Notes: generated by a model not told the origin, from the letters alone. 64,000 nt of DNA from Ranitomeya imitator (GCF_032444005.1 NC_091285.1:705250001-705314000), one strand, 5' to 3'. Shown: positions 1 to 13,051, counted from the first letter of the stretch. A program made the numbers and translations.

Positions 1-299
1 AACTTTATTGAAAAGAGTTGAGGGGACACGTGTCGGAAGTTTTGTGAGCTTTTCTGAGGTTTTTATTCTTCAATTTATCTCTGTCTGTTGAGTTTTTCGC
101 TATTCATAATCTTCAATTCTGCAATTACCAATAATCTCTCATTATAATTATCCAATACATTACAGACAATACAATCTACTCTTATATCAAGTGTTATAAA
201 TCATATAAAATAATGGTGTACAGAAAACCACATCATCCTAGGAAAGTTAATAAAATGAAGTTTATTGGGAAGCATTGAAAAAGTGTACATACACAGTTA

Positions 300-693
300 G
301 GCTACTTTCACACTAGCGTCTTTTTCAATACGTCGCAATGCGTCGTTTAGGGGAAAAAACACATCCTGCAAAGTTGTTTGCAAGATGTGTTTTTGCCCCA
401 TAGACAAACATTAGCGACGCATTACGACGCATTGACACACGTCACAACCATCGTGCAATGGATGCGCCGTTTTGTGGCGGACCACCGGGAGCAAAAAACA
501 TTACATGTAACGTTTTTTGCTGCTGATGGTCCGCTTTTTCCGACCGCACATGCGCGGCCGGAACTCCACCCCCACCTCCCCGCACCTCACAATGGGGCAG
601 CGGATGCGCTGAAAAAATGCATCCGCTGCCCTCGTTGTGCGGCGCATTCACTGCTAGCGTCGGGCCGAGTCCGACGCTAGTGTAAAAGTAGCC
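300..693. mobile_element. PIF/Harbinger-type MITE
   Basis: 21-bp TIRs ggctactttcacactagcgtc (300-320) and gacgctagtgtaaaagtagcc (673-693), 1 mismatch. TTA on both sides (297-299, 694-696). A 3-bp TWA TSD and GGC termini are typical of Harbinger. Confidence 0.85.
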
Positions 694-1384
694 TTAGCCA
701 ATAACTGGCACCAGCAGCCAGCAAAGCCTAAATAACCACATATTGTACAATACACTTGGTTTACATGATATAACTAAATCAAAAAGAGATTAAGGAGAAT
801 AATCATATAGTACAGTCTATGGGAACATTGTTATAAGAGTGACATAAAAGAGTAATATTAAGTAATCAGTACATAGCATACGTAAACATATTACCACAGC
901 TGGAGTGTGGTACAAGGGACCCTATCCACGTTTCAGTACCAGAGTTGGGGGAATGGCCAAGTATTATGCCAAGCATCCACAAATATAATTTAGCAGCCAA
1001 TGATGTGTGGTGTATCAGCAGTATAATGTGTACCAAGATAAATTGCCAGTGCTAATTGGCACATGTGACCACCTGCGCCTATAGATATATAAGTCTATAT
1101 TGTACTTTTTAGTAGATAGGTAACAAGTGCAATGACTGTCTGAAGGTGGAGGCTTCGGTGTCGCAGCTGGACAGGAAATGCATACGATCATGATCGCAAT
1201 ATTTGGCTTGGAAACTAATCAGTAGAGAGTTGCAGTAGTCTAAACAAGAATGAATACCAGTGACAGTAAGGGTAGGTTCAAACTGTGTTACAGCAGCTCG
1301 TTCAACACATACGTTAATCGGGCTGCTGTAGCGCAAGTGCCGACTTTGGCACATCGCTAGCGCAGATAGAGCATCTGCTAGCTC

Positions 1385-1609
1385 TATCTGTGCTATCAGT
1401 GACGGACCCTGAAACGCTGCAGCCCGCGTCTTCGGGTCCGTCACTCAATGACGGCACATCCCAAGCGCACTCCCACAATGGGCGTGCGCTAGCGATGCAT
1501 CCGACATTGCAGTCAATGGTGTCTGTAACGGACTACGTTACACCGTGTTTATGCCGCGGTGTAACGTAGTCCGTCTAACGGACTGCCTGGACGCAGTGTG
1601 AACACGGCC
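1385..1609. mobile_element. One-ended remnant of a Harbinger-type MITE
   Basis: Right end ggacgcagtgtgaacacggcc followed by TAA (1610-1612). Internal 18-bp inverted repeat at 1528-1545/1557-1574. No matching left TIR found; left boundary approximate. Confidence 0.55.
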
Positions 1610-2372
1610 TAAGATATTTTGCAGTTACAAAAGTGAGTAAAGGTTGGATTCTGCAAATGTTTTTAAAATGCAATTGACATGAGCCAATGAGTGATGTTGA
1701 ACTGCACATACTTTCACGATGTTGGACTTAGATGGATTTGGCACACGTGCACCCACTAGACTTTCTAGAAAAGTATTGTGCATGTCTTGAACTTGATCAT
1801 GCAAAATGTTATATAAAATATACCCACTTGAAGAAGTTGATGGCCATGGTCAAGAAACTGTCAGAGCTTTTCAAACATCCTTATGTGGTGAAGTATGTCC
1901 ACCAAGTTTTGCTAAAGCATGGCTTGATTTCAAACTTTGAAAAAAAGTTGAATTCATAGCTCCATATGTTGGAGTGTTTTTCAAGCAGTAAAAAAGAGAT
2001 GAATGATTGTATCTGACAGCAGACATGCAGGTGGAACTGCAACTTTTATGTAAAATTCATGCCTCGGGGCTTGCTGGAGCACTCACTGAAATTGTTTTGT
2101 ATCCAGGCTGTGATGAGAGCCAGGAGAAGGAGAACATCAGGTAGATATGAGGGGGTGATGAGACAAGAGCATCAGTGGGCTTTCTTATTCGCTGCCTCGG
2201 GTTTCTTTATGAAGACCTCATGGACCAGGGTCCATTCCACTGAATGCCCGCACTCTTTTCTTCTGTGCAGAATGCTAATCAGACCACACATGGTGAGGGT
2301 AAAAAAGGTGGCAATACTTTATCGAACCACCAACATACAATAACATATAGTACAGTCCTAGCAAGCACATGA

Positions 2373-2751
2373 GGCCGGCGTCACACTTGCGAGTTTTACG
2401 GACGTAAGAGCGCAGAAACTACATCCGTAAAACTCGCAAAAAATACGGCACAATTATTCTCTATGCCCCTGCTCCTATCTGCCGTATTTTAATGATCAGT
2501 ATTATACGGCTTTCTACAGCCGTAGAAAATCGCAGCATGCTGCGTTTGTCACCGTACTGCGCAAGAAATACGCCAATGAAAGTCTATGGAAGCGTGAAAA
2601 ATACGGATTACACACGGACAAGCAGTGTGACTTGCGAGAAATACGCAGCGGTGTTACAGAGAAAAGCCGGTAATTCAGTGCGGTGTACAGTAAAATCACA
2701 CTGACAGCTTACAGAAGAATAGGTAGAATAAATGTGTACACATAGAATAGG

Positions 2752-2787
<36 letters not shown>

Positions 2788-4952
2788 TATGTCAGTGAGA
2801 CACATATATGTATATATATTAATATTTATTCCTGCGCTAGATAGCTTGAAAGCCGGTAATTCAATTACCGGCTTTTTCTTTCTCCTTCCTAAACCCGACA
2901 TGATTTGAGACATGGTTTACATACAGTAAACCATGTCTTCTCTCCTTTTTTTTTGCAGATTCCACACTACTAATGTCAGTAGTGTGTATCTGCAAAATCT
3001 GGCCGTTCTATCTACTAAATTAAAGGGTTAAATGGCGGAAAAAATTGGCGTGGGCTCCCGCGCAATTTTCTCCGCCAGAGTAGTAAAGCCAGTGACTGAG
3101 GGCAGATATTAATAGCCTGGAGAGGGTCCACGGTTATTGCCCCCCCCCCCCTGGCTAAAAACACCTGCCCCCAGCCACCCCAGAAAAGGCATGTCTGGAA
3201 GATGCGCCTATTCTGGCACTTGGCCACTCTCTTCCCATTCCCGTGTAGCGGTGGGATATGGGGTAATGAAGGGTTAATGCCACCTTGCTATTGTAAGGTG
3301 ACATTAAGCCTAATTAATAATGGAGAGGCGTCAATTATGACACCTATCCATTATTAATCCAATTGAATGAAAGGGTTAAAAAAAAACACACACACATTAT
3401 TAAAAATTATTTTAATGAAATAAAAACAAAGGTTGTTGTAATATTTTATTTAACGCCCAATCCAATGACTGAAGACCCTCGTTCTGTGAAAGAAAAAACA
3501 TAATAAACCAACAATATACTTACCTTCCGCAGATCTGTAAAGTCCAACGATGTAAATCCTTCTGAAGGGGTTAAAACATTTTGCAGCAAGGAGTTCCGCT
3601 AATGCAGGCTGCTCCTTGCTGCAAAACCCCGGGGAATGAAGCTAAAAATAGGTCAATGATCTATATTTAGCTTCATTTGCAGTGAGGCGCCCTCTGCTGG
3701 CTGTTCATAGATCGTGGGAACTTACCTAGAAAGCTCCCAGGCTCCCAGGCTTTCTAGGAAAGTTCCCACGATCTATGAACAGCCAGCAGAGGGTGCCTCA
3801 CCGCAAATGAAGCTAAATATAGATCATTGACCTATTTTTAGCTTCATTCCCCGGGGTTTTGCAGCAAGGAGCAGCCTGCATTAGCGGAACTCCTTGCTGC
3901 AAAATGTTTTAACCCCTTCAGAAGGATTTACATCGTTGGACTTTACAGATCTGCGGAAGGTAAGTATATTGTTGGTTTATTATGTTTTTTCTTTCACAGA
4001 ACGAGGGTCTTCAGTGACTGGATTGGGCGTTAAATAAAATATTACAACAACCTTTGTTTTTATTTCATTAAAATAATTTTTAATAATGTGTGTGTTTTTT
4101 TAACCCTTTCATTCAATTGGATTAATAATGGATAGGTGTCGTAATTGACGCCTCTCCATTATTAATTAGGCTTAATGTCACCTTACAATAGCAAGGTGGC
4201 ATTAACCCTTCATTACCCCATATCCCACCGCTACACGGGAACGGGAAGAGAGTGGCCAAGTGCCAGAATAGGTGCATCTTCCAGATGTGCCTTTTCTGGG
4301 GTGGCTGGGGGCAGGTGTTTTTAGCCATGGGGGGGCCAATAACCGTGGACCCTCTCCAGGCTATTAATATCTGCCCTCAGTCACTGGCTTTACTACTCTG
4401 GTGGAGAAAATTGTGCGGGAGCCCACGCCAATTTTTTCCGCCATTTAACCCTTTAATTTAATAGATAGAACGGCCAAATTTTGCAGATACACACTACTAA
4501 CATTAGTAGTGTGGATTATGCAAAAAAAATGGTGATATGAGATGATTTACTGTATGTAAACCATGTCTCATATCATGTCGGGTTTAGGAAGGAGAAAGCA
4601 AAAGCCGGCAATTGAATTACCGGCTTTTTGCTACCTCGCGCTGTATAAAGGAATAATATATATATATATGTGTCTACTGACATATATATATATATATATA
4701 GACAGTATATATGTTTTTATTTTTTTTTTAACACATGGATCCCTTGTATAGGCGTATGTCGGTTTGGCAAGCCTGCGATAAAAACACGCAGTACGGCTGC
4801 CATACGGATTACATACGGAGGATGCCATGCGCAAAAAACGGTGACACACCCTGCCTACGGAGGAGCTACGGACCACTATTTTCGGGACTTTTCAGCGTAT
4901 TACGGCCGTAATATATGGACCGTATTTGCATACGCTGAGTGTGACGCCGGCC
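2373..4952. mobile_element. 2.6-kb Harbinger-type foldback element
   Basis: Perfect 15-bp TIRs ggccggcgtcacact / agtgtgacgccggcc, flanked by tga and taa. Interior ~2850-3734 and 3749-~4630 are near-perfect inverted arms, with (TA)n tracts at both outer edges. Confidence 0.8.
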
Positions 4953-5017
4953 TAAGATGGTGCAAATTAAAGAGTCTTTTCCGCTGTCTCTCCGGGATAA
5001 GAGCAGTTGCAACTGCT

Positions 5018-5227
5018 GGGAGAACCAATTATAGTGCAGAAAACTGTAGACAAAGAATCAAAAAACATAAGAAAACACATAGAAACACAAAGTTAAAAAA
5101 ATCTGTTTAACTAAACTAAATTTAGCTAAAGTTTTTAACAGATTTCTTAACTTTATGTTTCTATGTGTTTTCTTATATGTTTTTTGATTCTTCGTCTACA
5201 GTTTTCTGCACTATAATTGGTTCTCCC
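5018..5227. repeat. ~210-bp AT-rich hairpin with ~90-bp arms
   Basis: gggagaaccaattatagtgcagaaaactgtaga... at 5018 is the reverse complement of ...tctacagttttctgcactataattggttctccc ending at 5227. Confidence 0.85.
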
Positions 5228-6259
5228 AACTAACCTTCTGATCCCATTCTTGTCTCGTGTCAAGATATGAAGCAAATTGCATAAACTGGCCAAGAAGATT
5301 TACTGCCTGAATTTATTACTTCATATCCAGATGTGAATGAGAGGAATATCAAATAATGGATTAAATGAACAATGATGAATATTTGAAACGGAATGTTGTT
5401 TGCCCACATGAAATCCTCCCCTTCTATCTTAGAACTGGTATGAGTTAATAATGGTGGAATTGTATCTAGTTTTGCTCTATCTGTGGTGCATGTGCGTCCG
5501 CTTGACCCCTGTCTCTGCCCCACGCCATCCGGCGACTCTGCATTCTCGACATCCGACTGGGAGTTATGACAACTGCCCTGCTCCCTCTCGCATTGACTTT
5601 GATGCCTTGCCGGTTCACTTGGTAGCAGCGAGGCTGGCCATGGGTGCATTTGCCATCCTCATTGGAGCTGGTAAAGGTCTGTGTAACTTGCCTTAAAACA
5701 TCTGGTGAGATGATCAATGTTTGTACCATTATGTATAATTATGATGGCTCTGTAGGTAACTTTTAAATGTGACTTTTCAAAAACCTGATCATGTGAACCT
5801 GCCCGTATAAATTATCGACTTACATATACTAAAGACTGCTTCTTACTGATGAAAATTGGGTGGCTACTTTTCCATTAGTGGCACTGTTTCACAGAATAAA
5901 TGTTAAAAATGTACACTGGTCATTTTGCCAGTATAAACAATGATGTATTGCAATATGGGTGAGAAATGTATAGTTTGCTGGGCTACACTACTGTGTGTCC
6001 TTATTTTTGCATGTTTTATAAATGTTTTGTCTTTTGTCTATTTTATTGTGTTAATAAAGATTTTTCTATTTTTATAAAACAATAACACTCCTTTGTTTCT
6101 CCTGTTCGAATATCATATGAACAATGGTCTATGTTTCTTGCCCTACTTAAAGATATGTCTAGCATAATTTAGCATAACTACTGAGTCATCAAAATAGAGT
6201 CATTGAGTCATCCCAGGCACAGGACAAGGTTGATAGTTTCAATTTGATGATGATGATGA

Positions 6260-8321
6260 CTTTAGCTATAATCAACTGACCTTGACCATGCTAATGTGAA
6301 AAGTAAGCTACATGCACAGTTATGTGTGGGATGAAAGACATCAAGCAAAGGGATAACAATTAGATAGCCATACTGCCTTAGAGGAGCTGGAGGAGGCAGA
6401 AGCAGTTGAGGAATTATGAAATATAGAGAATTGACCTGTGAGTCTTTGGGATTGCAAGACTGGTGGAGGAGCGCCTGTCCCCACACTCACCAGAGTAACC
6501 CAGTGCCCGAAATGTAGGCAAGATGTAACGCCCTTGACCGTGATTACTCGTCAAAGTGTCTGTGGTCAAATGCACTCTGGCAAACATAGATTTTGTCAAG
6601 GAACGGGTGGAAGTTGTCTGCTACATGCTTCTTAGAAATGTAATGGTGACTGACCAACAGGTACTGAGGGACTGCAACGGCCATCAGCTTTCGGAAACCG
6701 TCTGTTTTTACCGGGCAGAAACAAAGCATTTTCATGGCCAACAAATTAGAGATGATGGAGTCCATCCTCTTAGCTTTGTCTTGTGTAGGAGGAAGCAATC
6801 TGTTACATGACTACAACTGCAGAACCTTACCTGGAAACAGTGTTGAGAGAGGGTGGAGTATGGTGAACCGGACAAACTGTTGGACCATGAGTGAGGTGCA
6901 GGGGGACATGCTGCGATGGATTGAGAAAGTTGGGATATGCTCATTCTCTGAAATAGATCAAACCGCAGGCATGTCAGCTTATGTTACATCTCTATTTTTA
7001 TTTTTTATTTCTCTTTGGCCAGCAAAATTATGTCAAAAAGTAGGCGAAGACACAACAATAGCAATTAATAATAATGATAATAATAATAATAATAATGATA
7101 ATAATCTTTATTTTTATATAGTGCTAACATATATTCTGCAGCATTTTACAGTTTGCACACACTATTATCGATGTCCTCATTGGGGCTCACAATCTAAATT
7201 TCCTATCAGGATGACTTTGGAATGTGGGAGGAAACCGGCATACCAGGAGGAAACCCACACAAACACGGGGAGAACATACAAACTCCTTCCAGATGTTGTC
7301 CTTGGTGGGATTTGAACCCAGGACTCCAGCACTGCAATGCTAACCACTGAGCCACAATGCTGCAATTGTATGGAGGCCTGAAATGGCACAATTTTGCAAT
7401 GATATTCGATCTGTGTGGCGGACAAAACCCAGTGTAAAATATCTGCCCTGTAGCTAAATATTTTTTGAGCAGCAATATGGTGTCAAGAAATTATACAAGA
7501 CTCTCCCAAAAAATGTTACAGTGCCACAAAAATGGCAGAATTTTATGCGTACTCAGACGTGATGGCAGGGACAGGCAATCCCATTTAAAATGTGGCTTTT
7601 CACGCTGCACTCTGGAAAGGATCTGGCTGTATTCTGCCATCCCAACAAGCAAATGGAGAAAAACGCGGGCTCTGGATTGCATGGGAATTATATAAATAGG
7701 ATTAAAATGCAAAAAAAGTGATTGCTTGCCAATGATACCTGGGACTATGTATATGCGGTCAATATATGTAATAGGCAGCAGCAGACAGTAATGGAATGGA
7801 CTCTCTTGATGTATGCAATGAAGTATGACACATACAATGCCTGTCTGCTACTGATATCTATATACCCACATACACTCCCTGCCTACCTAGCACTGCAATC
7901 TTCATGCACCGTAATTGGTCCTTAAAAGGACTGTTGGATTTTAGCTGGATTTGTGTATTCATTTATGGTATACCCACAGTAACCATATACTCCACCTATT
8001 CTATCTCTGCAGCAACTCTTCCTACACTGGTGATTCCATAGCTGACCGTGCCGAGCAGGGCAGCACCATGTCTGATATAGACCTGATGACACTGTGCGAC
8101 CAGCCAATCACTGTAATACCGCAACAAAGATGGCTGTGTTACAGTGCATGGCAGACAATCTCTGCTTGTTGATTGGTGCTCTAAAGAGCACCAAACATGC
8201 AGGGTGGGGACCCAAGCTCCTGCCGAATAATCCCGGAAATGCTCGGCGCTCACCGAGCACCTCGAATTCAGCAATCTTCGGGCGAGTACCAAGCATTACC
8301 AAGTATGCTCGCTCATTACTA
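6260..8321 (-). mobile_element. Degraded hAT transposon remnant with transposase fragments
   Basis: Minus-strand peptides NLLAMKML...FRKLMAVAVPQY and VHLTTDTLTSNHGQGRYI match the TTDxWTS/GQGRY region of the other hATs in this window. The terminus ctcgctcattacta at 8308-8321 is the reverse complement of a tagtratgagcgag TIR. Other end not found. Confidence 0.75.
7066..7363 (-). mobile_element. tRNA-derived SINE (V-SINE-like central domain, L2-like tail)
   Basis: Minus strand shows A box tggctcagtgg, B box ggttcaaatcc, central gtttgtatgttctccccgtgtttgtgtgggtttcctcc...ggtttcctcccaca, and a (TTA)n tail. Confidence 0.85.
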
Positions 8322-8361
8322 GTTGGTACACAAAATGAGAATGCTCAATCTTTTGGTAAAA

Positions 8362-9466
8362 TGTGTGTAAATGGGTTAGTAACTGGCTAAGTGATAGAAA
8401 GCAGAGGGTGGTTATAAATGGTATAGTCTCTAACTGGGTCGCTGTGACCAGTGGGGTACCGCAGGGGTCGGTATTGGGACCTGTTCCCTTCAACATATTC
8501 ATTAATGATCTGGTAGAAGGTTTACACAGTAAAATATCGATATTTGCAGATGATACAAAACTATGTAAAGCAGTTAATACAAGAGAAGATAGTATTCTGC
8601 TACAGATGGATCTGGATAAGTTGGAAACTTGGGCTGAAAGGTGGCAGATGAGGTTTAACAATGATAAATGTAAGGTTATACACATGGGAAGAAGGAATCA
8701 ATATCACCATTACACACTGAATGGGAAACCACTGGGTAAATCTGACAGGGAGAAGGACTTGGGGATCCTAGTTAATGATAAACTTACCTGGAGCAGCCAG
8801 TGCCAGGCAGCAGCTGCCAAGGCAAACAGGATCATGGGGTGCATTAAAAGAGGTCTGGATACACATGATGAGAGCATTATACTGCCTCTGTACAAATCCC
8901 TAGTTAGACCGCACATGGAGTACTGTGTCCAGTTTTGGGCACCGGTGCTCAGGAAGGATATAATGGAACTAGAGAGAGTACAAAGGAGGGCAACAAAATT
9001 AATAAAGGGGATGGGAGAACTACAATACCCAGATAGATTAGCGAAATTAGGATTATTTAGTCTAGAAAAAAGACGACTGAGGGGCGATCTAATAACCATG
9101 TATAAGTATATAAGGGGACAATACAAATATCTCGCTGAGGATCTGTTTAAACCAAGGAAGGTGACGGGCACAAGGGGGCATTCTTTGCGTCTGGAGGAGA
9201 GAAGGTTTTTCCACCAACATAGAAGAGGATTCTTTACTGTTAGGGCAGTGAGAATCTGGAATTGCTTGCCTGAGGAGGTGGTGATGGCGAACTCAGTCGA
9301 GGGGTTCAAGAGAGGCCTGGATGTCTTCATGGAGCAGAACAATATTGTATCATACAATTAGGTTCTGTAGAAGGACGTAGATCTGGGGATTTATTCTGAT
9401 GGAATCTAGGCTGAATTGGATGGACAAATGTCTTTTTTTGGCCTTGCTATGTTACTATGTTACTAT
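8362..9466 (+). mobile_element. 5'-truncated CR1 LINE (RT C-terminal part, 3' UTR, octamer tail)
   Basis: ORF 8363-9361 contains GVPQGSVLGP, FADD and RRLRGDLI. The 3' end is (ctatgtta)n. Nearly identical to 43960-45066. Confidence 0.95.
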
Positions 9467-12115
9467 TTTACCTCATGCCTGGCTGACTGCTGCAGTGCCA
9501 AGCTACACCCTGTACTGTGGGTGAAATGAGGCCACTTTGCTGGTGTCTGTCCCTCCTTTATGTGTTTGGGCACCATTTGAGGATGTTATAAGGTGTTGTT
9601 GTTCATGAGTTTACCTCCCATTTACTGTAATGGTGTTCGGTTATGTTCAGCGAATATTGCAAATTCGGCGATCGTAATCCGAACCGAACATTGAAATATT
9701 TGCTCATGTCTAATCTAGAGTATTAAAAACAATCACAAATTAGTCAAAATAGCTATAATGTTTAAAGGTATCTATTTCCCTTCAAAGTACAAGCATTATT
9801 TAGATTATATAAGAGAAAAAAGATGAACAATCATGCCCAGCTTCCGATTGGAACTTTCATCGTGGTTTATCAATGGAATGTGACACTTCCTTCTTAAAGG
9901 AAACTTGTCGGGTAAAAAACGCTGCAGATATGGCGGTAATCTGTGGATTAACAGCATTCTGAAACAGCCCCGCGCTGTCACTTTGAGCCTCACTGATAGG
10001 AGGAAATTAACTTTATTCCTCCCACTATCATTTGGATTTCAGTCATGGGGGGCGATGCTGATGCGGATTAAGGCCCCGCTCTGTGTTTAGAAAGTTGCGA
10101 CTGTAACTACGCCCCCATCACTGACTGACAACCGCCCGTCATTAGGGCTGATTGTCATTCAGCGCCGGTGGTGACGTTACAGCCACCACTGTCCATACAC
10201 AAAGCAGTGACTGAGCTCACGTTGTCACCAAACCATGACTGAAGCCTACATATTACCGGGAAGAATAAAGATAATTTCCATTCAGCAGCATAGCTTTAAG
10301 TGCAGTCTTCGGGCAGGTTCAGAAGACCCTTAACTCTTAACTAACTCTTTAAGTTCACCTCACTGTGTGTCAGCAGACATCCATAGCACCTGCCTATGTA
10401 AAGCTACAAGATGCCCAGCCCAAAAGATGCAGCCATTCACCAGTAGGCACAAAGTAGTTATTCCAAACTTCTGGAATTTGTGAAATAACGTCAATGCAAA
10501 TAAGTAGAATTGCAAATTTGTAATATTCTCCAGGTTCAGCATAGTCCTAATATTTAAAAAATATTTGATTTGCATAGAATCAATTCACTCATCTCTGATA
10601 TATGCATATTCATTTGACTCCGGTCACTGCACTGAGAGGGTAATGAAAAATTAAATCATTACTCAAGGAATTCTTTTTATGTCCTCTAATTTACTGAAAT
10701 AAAGGCCACTCTAGAGACAAAAGTCTCCCGACACCTGGCATCATGCCAATCATTGTATATATAAATATCAGGTGGCTCTCATAGTCTTATTCCTTACTTG
10801 CACACACAATGATCGAGATGCCTTAAACCTCCTGCATTTTCCTCTGGGTTGTTTCTAATGAATAGAATGAAATAAACTGAATTGAAAATTAATATTATGA
10901 GCAAAATAAAATCTGATAAAAGTATGGTAAGAAAGTTTGTGTTTGTAAAAGTTCTGTAAATATGTGCAAGATTTTTGCTGTTAATTAAGAGTTTATCCTT
11001 CAAGAGGAAAATATTGATTATGGATATTTAATAGAGATGAGAGAGAGAGATTTAATATTTTCACTGGGGTTCTGGTTCAAGTTTGGGTACAGTTCTAGTA
11101 TCCGAGCCAAACTTTGGAATAATGTTCGGGTCAGGTATCAGAACTCGAATTTCCATGGAGTCCGCTAATCCCTAATATATAATGTGCAATATTGTTGTTC
11201 TTTGCATCATAAAAGGTGATCAAATAAATTTTCGTACACTAGATTTTGAATTGAATTTTCTAAAAAATTCACTTTCTACAAAATGCAGATTTTGCTGAAA
11301 TTTGTGCGGATTCATCCTCTGGCTACAATTTATCTAAACTGTAAAGGGCCATCAAAAGGGTAAAAAATAAAAAAAGATAAATCACCACTCAGAACTCCAG
11401 CCTCTCCGTTCCTCATGGTCACCTGTCTGGTCTTCAACCGGCATTTCTAGCACTAATGAAGCCAGGGACGGTTTTGCGCATGTGTACATATTGTGACATC
11501 ATGCTTTCGTAAATCGTAATCTTCTGCGCTCTTCTGCAGAACCCTTCCAGGCTCATTAGAGACAGAGGTCCGGACTTGGTGTGAGAAGCTCGGAAATTTC
11601 AGAGCTTGTAGCAATGATAGGAAGATGCAGCAAACACTGGACCGGTAACAATAAGCAGTAGAGGGGCCAAACAGCTGAGTGATAAGGAGAGCAAAAGGGT
11701 CTTGAAAATTTTTCATCTTATGTTTATTATGTTCAATGATCTGGTGAAACATCGGAGCATAATATGGGATGTTGTATTTGAAGAGAATTCCTTCTCTGCA
11801 AATCAAATTTCCCAGGGAAAATCCACATCTACAGGGGAATTAGAAATTTGGCTGATCGGCTCATATCTATCACACATATTTGTATACATGTGATTGAGAT
11901 CACCTCTGAGATTTCTAAATAAACTTTTCCATACCTTTTAATAACATAGTAACCAATTGAATTGACTGCAGCTTTCCGAATATTTTTTTTTTTTGGATGT
12001 GGAACCCAAAACTGAATCTCATACCCAGGCAGTGTTTACAATTCAGTAAAATATTTGTAGAATTTTAACAATATATGTATTCATAAAAAATACATTTCTT
12101 GGTATTTCATATTAA

Positions 12116-13051
12116 ATGTAGGATAGCAATTTGAGCGCCATCACAGAATTCTTCCTCGTGGGATTTCAAGTCAGCCACGGTTTAAGAATTTCACTTTTCT
12201 GTCTTTTCTTTCTGATTTTCTGTGGGGCAATATGTGGAAATCTCCTGATCATTATCCTGGTGTCCTTCAGCAAGAACCTCCACACTCCAATGTACTTCTT
12301 CATCTCTCAACTGTCCTTCTGTGACATATCATTAGAAGCTGATATTGTTCCTAAAATGCTCCACGTCCTATTGAGTAATGGAGCGACCATTACTTTTATT
12401 GACTGCATCACTCAGCTTTATTTCTTCTGTGCCTTGGAAACATTTGAATGTCTTCTTCTCACAGTGATGTCTTACGACCGATATGTGGCCATCTGTAAAC
12501 CACTTTATTACAATTCCATTATGACAGATGGATATTGTGTGACCGTGTCCATCACCTGTTGGTTGTCTGGATTTTTATTCACCTTAATTTCTAACATATC
12601 TACGGCAAAATTAAACTTCTGTGATGGAAATATGATTGACCATGTATATTGTGACATTCTCCCTTTACTAGAACTTGCCTGTTCTGAAACCTTCATTGTT
12701 CGCCAAGAAATTTACATAATAGGTTTTACAGTAGTCTTATTTCCTACTGTAGTCATTGTAATATCTTATAGTTATATAGTTCTAGAAGTTCTAAGGATCC
12801 CATCCAGCACTGGTAGACAGAAAGCCTTCTCCACCTGTAGCTCCCACCTCACTGTGGTCTCCATATTCTACTGGACCATGTTCAGTGTTTATGCTGTCCC
12901 AGCACAAAGACAAACAGTCACCATCAGTAAGATCCTATCTCTGCTATATACTGTGTTTACTCCTTTGGTCAACCCCCTTATATACAGTCTGAGAAATGCG
13001 GCCATTTGGAAAGCCGTGCAGGAAGGACTTCAGAGGTTGATGACCTGGTAA
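12116..13051 (+). pseudogene. Class II olfactory receptor, probable pseudogene (stop at codon 2)
   Basis: Motifs LHTPMYFF, MSYDRYVAIC, KAFSTCSSHL and PLVNPLIYSLRN. In-frame ATG at 12116 is followed by TAG at 12119-12121, then D-S-N-L-S-A-I-T-E-F. The ORF-track start at 12131 is TTG. OR identity is near certain; pseudogene status is less so. Confidence 0.85.

Noticed and set aside
1732-1959. 75-aa ORF faintly resembling a Tc1 N-terminus
   Set aside because: Too degenerate, with no TIR or DDE motif nearby.
2060-2290. Weak DIRS-like peptide (EWTLVHEVF) on the minus strand
   Set aside because: It is a single short motif with no supporting RT, RNase H or recombinase sequence.
8296-9357. Minus-strand ORFs of 129 and 215 aa, duplicated at 43839-44954
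   Set aside because: They are antisense shadows of CR1 ORF2 with no independent protein signature.
11809-11819. ttcccagggaa as an O/E (EBF) site of the OR promoter
   Set aside because: The spacer is 1 bp rather than 2, the site appears to lie in a degenerate repeat remnant, and the TSS is unknown.
12131-12133. ORF-track start of the OR (MSAITEF)
   Set aside because: The codon is TTG; the apparent ATG is at 12116 and is followed by TAG.
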